From Vicinamibacterales bacterium (lineage in GTDB: Bacteria; Acidobacteriota; Vicinamibacteria; Vicinamibacterales; UBA8438), in contig CBDBHJ010000005.1 of assembly GCA_965205435.1 (NCBI GenBank), forward strand, positions 12,658 to 76,657: a stretch of DNA of 64,000 nt, written 5' to 3'. Below, one piece after another: positions 57,454 through 64,000 of the stretch (the stretch's first letter is position 1; each line of letters starts with the position of its first letter). The position numbers were made by a program, and so were the translations under genes. The notes below the pieces were generated by a model that did not search any database, was not told where the DNA came from, and worked only from the letters and a program-made list of their open reading frames with translations.

Positions 57454-57999
57454 CTAATCCTTACGGCCGGCCACGCCTGCGTGCTCATTCAGACGCGAAT
57501 CACCATCGACGAGAATCCTCATCGTGGCCGCGGCCATCTTCGGTGAGACGCCAAACAGTGGACCCGGGTCCGCTTGAGGACGCATCGCCGAGATCGAGTT
57601 GCCTACCAGTCGTCTGAGAAACCGCACGTGTGGCTTCTCTGGTTTGAGCCGCCTGATGATCTTCTGCAGTGGGATGGTTACGCTGATGTCGATGTGGCCC
57701 CGGAACGAAGCGCCTTCTTCAATGCCGACACGGGGCGCCACCACGGCACCGTCGACCGTGGCCGTCTCGCGGATGTTGATCGCTTCGGTCGCACTGATAT
57801 CACCCTCGACTTTGCCCAGGACGGTCACCTCCTTGGCATGTACCTGAGCCTCGATCCGCCCGTTTGGGCCGATGGTGAGCACGTTTCGGTCTAGATCGAT
57901 CTTGCCTGAGACCTGACCCTCAATGGTCAGGTCTGCCGTGGCACTCACCTGACCCTTGACGACCACAGACTGCCCGATGGTGTCCATGTTCCGTTCCAT
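57454..57999 (-). CDS. Bactofilin-family cytoskeletal protein
   Basis: DUF583-type beta-helical repeats (VVVKGQVSATADLTIEGQVSGKIDLDRNVLTIGPNGRIEAQVHAKEVTVLGKVEGDISATEAINIRETATVDGAVVAPRVGIEEGASFRGHI). Confidence 0.8.
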   Translation of the reverse strand: MERNMDTIGQSVVVKGQVSATADLTIEGQVSGKIDLDRNVLTIGPNGRIEAQVHAKEVTVLGKVEGDISATEAINIRETATVDGAVVAPRVGIEEGASFRGHIDISVTIPLQKIIRRLKPEKPHVRFLRRLVGNSISAMRPQADPGPLFGVSPKMAAATMRILVDGDSRLNEHAGVAGRKD

Positions 58000-58116
58000 C
58001 GCCCACTCCCTCCGCTGGTCCCGTTGTCCTCGTATCGGCCTCTGATGCGACAGGCTTTAGGGCTGAGCACGAAACGCCCCTCCTCGGGGGAAATCGAGGC
58101 GGGTCCTGACTACAAT

Positions 58117-59166
58117 ATGGGCATCATGGGCCAGCACGGAAGAACCAGGCCGAGCCGGTGGCGGTCACCCTGGCGGTGGATGGCAGTCGCCCCCGCGCTC
58201 CTGACAATTGCGACCGGAGCGTCGGTGTGTCTTGTTGCTGCTCAGCCGCCGGATGGGTCACCCGAGGCTCGCGGTGTGGCCTTCCTGTCCGGCGAGGTGC
58301 CGCGCTGGCCGGTCGAGAACAGCTGCTATTCGTGTCATAACAACGGTGATGCGGCGAGAGCGCTCTACACGGCCATCAGGCTGGGCCACGACGTGGAGCC
58401 GGGCGCGCTGCAGGACACGACCGCCTGGCTGCAGACTCCCGCGGCGTGGGACGACAGTGTGCGCGGTCTGGAGTTTGCCGACACGAAGCTGGCTCGGATT
58501 CAGTTTGCGGGCGCGCTCCTCGACGCGATGCTCGCCGGCGAGATCCGCGATCCTGTGCCGCTCACCCAGGCCGCCGCACTGATCGCCGCCGACCAGTCTG
58601 ACGATGGGTCCTGGGCGCTCGACACGAGTGGCAGCATCGGCTCGCCCGCCACATACGGCACCGCCCTGGCCACATGGGCGGCCTTGCGCGTGCTCACGCG
58701 TGCAGAGGTGCCGGATCTGGCCGGGACGATCGGGCGCGCCGACGCGTGGGTGCGTGGGGTACAGGTGCAGACCGTCATCGACGCGGCAGCGGTCGTCCTC
58801 GCGCTGGGAGTTGCCGAGGACGCGGCGGCGGGTGCCCAGCGGCGGCGCTGTCTGGCGCTGATCAAGGAGGGCCGTGCGCCGTCCGGCGGTTGGGGCGCCT
58901 ATCTGACGTCGGCTGTCGAGCCATTCGACACCGCGCTCGTTCTGCTGGCCCTACAGCCGCTGCGAGGACGACCAGAGCTGGCAGCTCCCGTGTTCGATGC
59001 GGCAACCCTGACGGAGGCGGTTGAGCGGGGCCGGGGCTTCCTGATAGGCGAGCAGCTCGGCGACGGCAGCTGGGTCGAGACGACACGGCCGGCGCGGCAA
59101 CAGAGCTACGCGCAGTACATTTCAACGAGCGCGTGGGCCACGCTTGCGCTACTCGTGACGCGGTGA
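58117..59166 (+). CDS. Prenyltransferase/squalene-oxidase-repeat (alpha/alpha toroid) protein with an N-terminal CxxCH
   Basis: Signal/TM segment. ENSCYSCHNNGDAARAL. Repeated ..DGSW../..SGGWG.. units are typical of this repeat family. Confidence 0.5.
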   Translation: MGIMGQHGRTRPSRWRSPWRWMAVAPALLTIATGASVCLVAAQPPDGSPEARGVAFLSGEVPRWPVENSCYSCHNNGDAARALYTAIRLGHDVEPGALQDTTAWLQTPAAWDDSVRGLEFADTKLARIQFAGALLDAMLAGEIRDPVPLTQAAALIAADQSDDGSWALDTSGSIGSPATYGTALATWAALRVLTRAEVPDLAGTIGRADAWVRGVQVQTVIDAAAVVLALGVAEDAAAGAQRRRCLALIKEGRAPSGGWGAYLTSAVEPFDTALVLLALQPLRGRPELAAPVFDAATLTEAVERGRGFLIGEQLGDGSWVETTRPARQQSYAQYISTSAWATLALLVTR

Positions 59167-59174
59167 GGTCCATC

Positions 59175-59206
59175 CTTCATCGCTTCATCGCTTCATCGTT
59201 TCATTG
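59175..59206. repeat. 8-bp tandem repeat (cttcatcg x3 plus a degenerate fourth tttcattg) between convergent genes
   Basis: Read directly from the sequence. The last unit overlaps the stop (59201-59203) of the interrupted minus-strand gene. Confidence 0.6.
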
Positions 59207-59304
59207 AATCTCGAACGGAATTCTGATGTCCTCGCCCCCGGTGGACGTCTCGACAGTTTCGAAGACATCGATCTCGAACGGCGTCCCGATCCGGTTACCA
59301 GCTA

Positions 59305-60457
59305 GTGCCTCGTAGCGAAAAGCATCTTGTACTTTAATCGCACTTCGTATCCAATACGGACAGACGTGAGAGCCAAAGGAGGTTCACGTGTGTCTGTATG
59401 TTCGAGAACTGACGCTCGCGGAGGGCCGGCGGCTCACGCGGGTCTTGAAGACGACGAAGACGGCAGCGTATTTGCGGCGCGCCCAGGTGGTCGCCTTCTC
59501 GGGGCAGGGGATGCGGGCGCGAGCCATTGCCGGGCGATTGTATCTCCACGAAGAGTATGTGCGGGAGCTGATTCGGCGGTTCAACGCCGGCGGCTTCGCG
59601 GCGCTGCGGCCGCGGAAAGCGTCCGGCCGGCCGTCCAAGTATGCGCCGGAAGAGATCAGCGTCATGCTGGAGGTCGCGGGGACGCGGCCGCACGACCTGG
59701 GCCTGCCGTTCACCGTGTGGTCCCTCCGGAAACTGGCGGCCCATCTTGTGCGGTGCGGGGTGGTCAAGGAGCTGCACGCCACCACGCTGGGCCGCATCCT
59801 GCGCGACCAGGGGTTCTCGTTCCAACGCACGAAGACCTGGAAGGAGAGCCCCGACCCCGACTTTGCCGCCAAAAAAAACGCCTCTGTGCGCTCTACCGGG
59901 CCGCGCCGCCGAACGCCCGCGTGATCTGTTTCGACGAATTCGGGCCCATCGAAGTGCGCCCCTACCATGGCCGTGCGTGGCGCAGGGTCCGGCACCCGGC
60001 GCGGTTGCGCGCCACGTACCGGCGCCGCCATGGCACCCGCCAATACCTCGCGGCGTACGACGTCGCGGACAACCGACTCATGATGCGGTGCTACCGACGC
60101 AAGCGATGTCGCGAAGTGCTACTGTTCCTCAAGCACATTCGCTCGACCTACCCACGCCCAACGCGCCTCTACCTCGTCCTCGACAACTTCTCGCCCCACA
60201 AGCGACGCGAGGTGACCGACTGGGCCGCCGACCACAACGTGGAGCTCGTGTTCACGCCGACCTACGCCTCGTGGCTGAATCGGATCGAAGCGATCTTCTC
60301 GGGCGTCCGCTATTTCGCGCTTGCCAACTCCGACTATCCGGACCATGAGCACAGCCGCCGGGCGATCTTGGCTTACGTCGTGTGGCGCAACCGGCATCGC
60401 CACACCGAGCTCGTCAAACGCCGGGAAAAACACAAGATGAGTTTCGCTACGAGGCAC
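59305..60457 (+). mobile_element. IS630-family insertion sequence with a TA target duplication
   Basis: Perfect TIRs gtgcctcgtagcgaaa at 59305-59320 and, reverse-complemented, at 60442-60457. They are flanked by TA at 59303-59304 and 60458-59. Length is about 1.15 kb. Confidence 0.85.
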
Positions 60458-60460
60458 TAG
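59388..60460 (+). CDS. IS630-family transposase; two frames joined at an A8 run (-1 frameshift or homopolymer miscount)
   Basis: The HTH part is in ORF 59388..59924. The DDE part (ICFDEFGP, LVLDNFSPH, YASWLNRIE) is in the -1 frame of ORF 59327..60460. The junction is at gcc-aaa-aaa-aac (A8 59871-59878). The stop TAG 60458-60460 uses the duplicated target TA. Confidence 0.85.
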
Positions 60461-61640
60461 ATCTTCCAGGACCGACGACGCGACGAGAGAGTAGGCGCCA
60501 GAGGTCCACGGTTGGAACGGCGTCAGCGTCCAACGGGTCTCCTCGTTGTCTACGTCCACCTCGCCCTCGACGCGACGTCCAACCCCATCCTCGACCCCGA
60601 CCGCGCGCCGCAGGAGCGCGTGGTCGAGCGGTTCCGGGAACGAGACGACCAGGGCATGCGTCGAGCCACTCGGGGGGACCTGGAGACGCCAGGTCGTCGT
60701 GTCCAGCGGTATCGTGTCGGCGGGTCCCACCGTGAACCGCTTCTCGAACGGCGCCTACAGCGGATTGCCCTCAGCGTCGGGCCATGCGGGATCGACGGAG
60801 AGTGTATAGGTTTCACCCTCCTGCAGCGGCCGACCCAGACGGTCGTTCAGTTCAAGTCCCTGCTTGATACGGCCCGGGTCGAAGAACACCGTGTAGCGCA
60901 GGTGGTCTGGATCCCAGAACTCGCCGCCTAGAGGTAAAAATGGCGCGTCGACCGTCTGTCCCGTCGCATCGCGCAGGCTGAAATACTCCAGCCCGTCGAC
61001 GTGGCTCATGGGCGCCGAGAAATGCAGGTAGAGCTTGAGCTGGTTCTCCGGAAGACGGTCGCCGCTGGGGAAGACCCGGTCGACGACCGTCGTCGGCTTC
61101 GCGTCCGGCTTCGGCAGCGACACCAGCACCACGATCGGATCGAGCGCCGACGCCTCCCGTCCGGGAAGCCGGGTCGGGTCGAATCGCGCCGCGTATGGAC
61201 GACCGGGGTCGAACGGAAACATCGGAGTGAACCGCAGCACGCCGTCGGTCCCGACCGCATGCGATCCGAGGACTGCCGGCATCTCGAGTCCGCCGCCATC
61301 GCCCTCCTGTACGACGGTCACCTCAAGGAGCTCGGCCCACTGGTCATCGGTGAGTCCGGCGGTTCGCAGCGCGTCCAGGTCCTCGATGGTCAGCCCCTCG
61401 ACCGCGACGCTGACCCGATCTGGACCGTCACCGGGGGGCTGCATCCTGATCGTGACCGTCGGCATCGCGACATCCGGGTCGCTGTCGACGGAGCACGCGG
61501 CGGTCAGCGCGAGCAGCGAGACGGTGAGTGCTGGAAGAGGTCTGAGCAGGAAGGGACGACGCGTACCGGTGTGACGCCGGCGGCCATACGCCTGCGTCAC
61601 ACCGGAGGTTGTGGTTCGCATGAAACGCGAGGCGCGGTGA

Positions 61641-62737
61641 CTACGGCAGCGCCACCGCCTCGAGACTCGCGACACCGGCGTCGTTCCGGGCAATGACCAT
61701 CACGTGCAGGTCGTCGAAGAGGTCCAGCTGCTCCACACCAGTCATCTGGGCGATCGTCTCATAGCCGATTCCGGCCTTGTTGCCACCACGGACCGGGTCG
61801 GTCAGACCGGCCTGGCTCTCGAAGTGCTCAGTTGGAATCTTCATCACGCCGCGGCTCGTGTTCGACATCAACAGGAAGTCCCTGCCGCCCTTCTGATACA
61901 CGATCATGTCGGCGGTCGATTCCCGTTGCCGAGCTCCGCGATGGTGGTGCCCATGACCTTGGCGCCCGGCTTCAGGTTGTCGACCGGAAACTTCACGAGT
62001 GGCGTGCACAGATAGCCGGCGATGAGGTTCTGCACGCCACCGACTTCATACGGCACGAAGGTGTAGACGGGCGAATGGGTCTCGAACTGTCCGTGTGCCG
62101 CATGCCAGATCTCGACGCTGGTGCCCTCGTCAACCGAGGTGAACGGGTAGGCGACCGACCGCAGTTTCGAGGAGAACTCCTCATTGGACAGCCCTGCGAT
62201 GAACAGCCGGCCGTCGACAAACGCCATGTCGGTGATCGAGGAGGCGCGTGGATCGCGACGCGCGCCAGGCGTCGCCTCGGGCGCGTTCGGAAGTGCGGCC
62301 TGGGTGTAGGTCACGTCGGTCAGTGAGATCACGTCGATCTCACCGGCGCCGTCCACCCGGAGCAGGACCGGCATCGCGTTGGCGCCACGCCCACGTGACA
62401 CCGAGATAAAGGCGTTCTTGGACGTCGCATTGATCGCCAGGTCATTGATTTGGATCTCACGCGCGTCCGTCCCAAGCAGCGCGGCAATCTTTTGATCGAT
62501 GCCGGGCATGTTCTTGGTGCCAGGGGTTCCGCTCGACACCCGGTCGCCCAGTTCGAGCGCCACGATCTTTGCGTCCGCATTGTCCGCGATAAACAGGACA
62601 TCGTCAGGGCCAAACGTCAGCGGGCCGCCGGACACGAGCGTGGGGCCCTCCGCGGCCGAGACTGCCGACTGTGGCGCCAAAAGGAACGCGCACAGGCCGA
62701 CGAGAGCGAACAGAGGAAGCCAGGTTCGAAGCGACAT
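61641..62737 (-). pseudogene. Secreted hypothetical protein, frameshifted
   Basis: Signal peptide (MSLRTWLPLFALVGLCAFLLAPQSAVSAA). ORF 61904..62773 ends ...IAELGNGNRPPT*. The continuation DMIVYQKGGRDFLLMSNTSRGVMKIP... is in the frame of 61641..62009. The switch is near 61912-61920 (ccgccg). Confidence 0.6.
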
Positions 62738-62968
62738 AGTCCCTGCCGGATTTGTAATGCGGTGAGTCGCCATCCTACCACGATATCCAAGGTTCAGCCG
62801 CCGGTTTCGGCCCGACCATCGTCCTGAATGAGCCAGCCCGCCTCGAGGGCGTCACCAGTGGTTGTCACGTCGCACCTTGATCAGGACTCGACCGCATGGT
62901 AGAAAGCTCTCGATATGTTGACGGGCAGACTTCGAATCGGTCAGCGGAGCTGAAAAGGGGGGGGACGG

Positions 62969-63586
62969 ATGAAGACGACTCGACGCCTGGTGTCGGTGAT
63001 GGTGATAGCGGTCGTGCTTGGGGCGATGGCGTCCACCGCGCGAGCGCAAGGGAACTTTCGAGGCCAGTACACTGACGACTGGGATAACCCCATTGCGGGT
63101 GCCTTCGTGATCATCGAGCCCGGGGAGCGTACCGCTGGCACGCGGCAGGAGACCACGACTGACGAGGACGGCACCTTTCAGTTCTTAAACCTTGGACAGG
63201 GCGGATGGGAACTCGAAGTGGAGGCAGACGGGTATTACCCGACCCGCACGGCGGTTGCAGTGAGCCGGGCGCGCGCGAATCGTCCTGTTGGGCTTAAGCT
63301 CGAAGCCATACCCCCCGGTGGAAGATTCCGGGGTGACACAGAATTCGAGGCGGAGGGTGGGACTCCGAGCATCAAGTTCGACGGCGAGGGAAATTTCGAG
63401 TTCGAGGACGCCGATGGCGAGGGCGAGGGTACCTACGGCATCGTAGAGCAGACCGCGGTCATGATCGTGCGCGACTACGATGGGCCTGACGACAAGTACT
63501 CGATCAGTCAGCCCGTGACGGTCACGTTTCTCACCGATCAGTTCGTCAGCCTGACCTGGGACGACCAGGCGCTCGCGAAGAAGTAG
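62969..63586 (+). CDS. Carboxypeptidase-regulatory-like domain protein, secreted
   Basis: Signal peptide. GAFVIIEP...TTTDEDGTFQFLNLGQGGWELEVEADGYYP is a typical CarboxypepD_reg beta-sandwich. Confidence 0.65.
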   Translation: MKTTRRLVSVMVIAVVLGAMASTARAQGNFRGQYTDDWDNPIAGAFVIIEPGERTAGTRQETTTDEDGTFQFLNLGQGGWELEVEADGYYPTRTAVAVSRARANRPVGLKLEAIPPGGRFRGDTEFEAEGGTPSIKFDGEGNFEFEDADGEGEGTYGIVEQTAVMIVRDYDGPDDKYSISQPVTVTFLTDQFVSLTWDDQALAKK

Positions 63587-63609
63587 AACGCACGCGGGCC
63601 GTCGGCGTG

Positions 63610-64000
63610 CTACGTGAACATCCCGAGCGTCTTGAACTTGTCCCCGAGGATAGCCTCGGACTCTTTGTGTCCGAGGAATTCCTCGATAAGCGTCGCGTAC
63701 ACGTTCCGAAAATCCACCGTGTGCCGCAGGTTGTCGCCGAGCACGAGGTCGGTGAGGCTGACCGGTGTGCTGTACTGGCCCCCCTTGACACCGCCCCCCA
63801 GGACGAATGCGACGTTCGCGGTGCCGTGGTCGGTCCCAAGACTCGTGTTCTCGGGTACGCGTCGACCAAACTCGCTGTGCACGAAGATGGCGACTTGGTC
63901 CTGCTTGCCGATGCGCTTCATCTCTTCGAAGAAACCCCAGACGGCGTCGGAGCAGTACTGCACCTGGCGATTGTGCGGGCTTTCCTGATTGACGTGCGTG
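63610..64000 (-). CDS. DUF1501-domain (sulfatase-like) protein, C-terminal part; the gene continues past the window end
   Basis: ...VAIFVHSEFGRRVPENTSLGTDHGTANVAFVLGGGVKGG...LRHTVDFRNVYATL is a characteristic DUF1501 C-terminus. The frame stays open to 64000. Confidence 0.8.
   Translation of the reverse strand, partial: THVNQESPHNRQVQYCSDAVWGFFEEMKRIGKQDQVAIFVHSEFGRRVPENTSLGTDHGTANVAFVLGGGVKGGQYSTPVSLTDLVLGDNLRHTVDFRNVYATLIEEFLGHKESEAILGDKFKTLGMFT

Larger units (their letters stand above)
59201..61621 (-). pseudogene. Lipoprotein with Ig-like (SbsA/Big_5-like) region, interrupted by IS630 and carrying an in-frame TAG
   Basis: Lipobox LTAACS after ATG 61621. ORF 60755..61693 ends at TAG 60755-60757 and the same frame continues (APFEKRFTVGPADTIPLD...SSVLEDL) up to the IS at 60458. 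The remainder (AGNRIGTPFEIDVFETVETSTGGEDIRIPFEIQ*) lies at 59201-59302. Confidence 0.6.

Noticed and set aside
59175-59206. Possible CRISPR-like or regulatory repeat array
   Set aside because: The units are only 8 bp and contiguous without spacers. No cas genes are present in the window.

Overview
Visibly GC-rich bacterial chromosomal segment. The gene families present (DUF5916/CBM9-like, DUF1501, PQQ-like beta-propellers, carboxypeptidase-regulatory-like domains, many secreted hypotheticals) suggest an Acidobacteriota/Gemmatimonadota-like environmental lineage; this is inference only. I support about 55 protein-coding loci. Housekeeping genes are htpG, rnd, an HU-like protein and an FKBP PPIase. 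I see no rRNA, tRNA or CRISPR. The region is highly plastic. It carries four insertion sequences of four families: IS5/IS1182-like 382-1875, IS21 35508-37995, IS30 about 45144-46348, and IS630 59305-60457. It also carries a 168-bp MITE-like element (57133-57300) whose ends resemble the IS630 ends. About ten genes are frame-disrupted, and several breaks sit at homopolymers, so real pseudogenisation cannot be separated from assembly indels here. The two most interesting candidate systems are both tightly packed operons. (1) A minus-strand operon at 10990-15147 encodes a membrane protein, a fatty-acid-hydroxylase-family oxidase, a GH3 amido synthetase and an MLE-subgroup enolase racemase; I propose an N-acyl amino acid (lipoamino acid) pathway. 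(2) A translationally coupled operon encodes a methyltransferase, FolB/FolX, a PTR1/FolM-like SDR, a PLD-family enzyme and a CYTH protein, with a divergent GT-A-like gene (25099-30361); I propose an unusual pterin-centred pathway. Other notable points: an IS21 truncates a REC-GGDEF-EAL gene with non-matching flanks, an IS630 insertion can be reversed in silico to restore an ORF, and a three-member family of secreted paralogs has two disrupted copies, one at a T8 slippery run. All functional calls come from motif recognition by eye; no searches were run.
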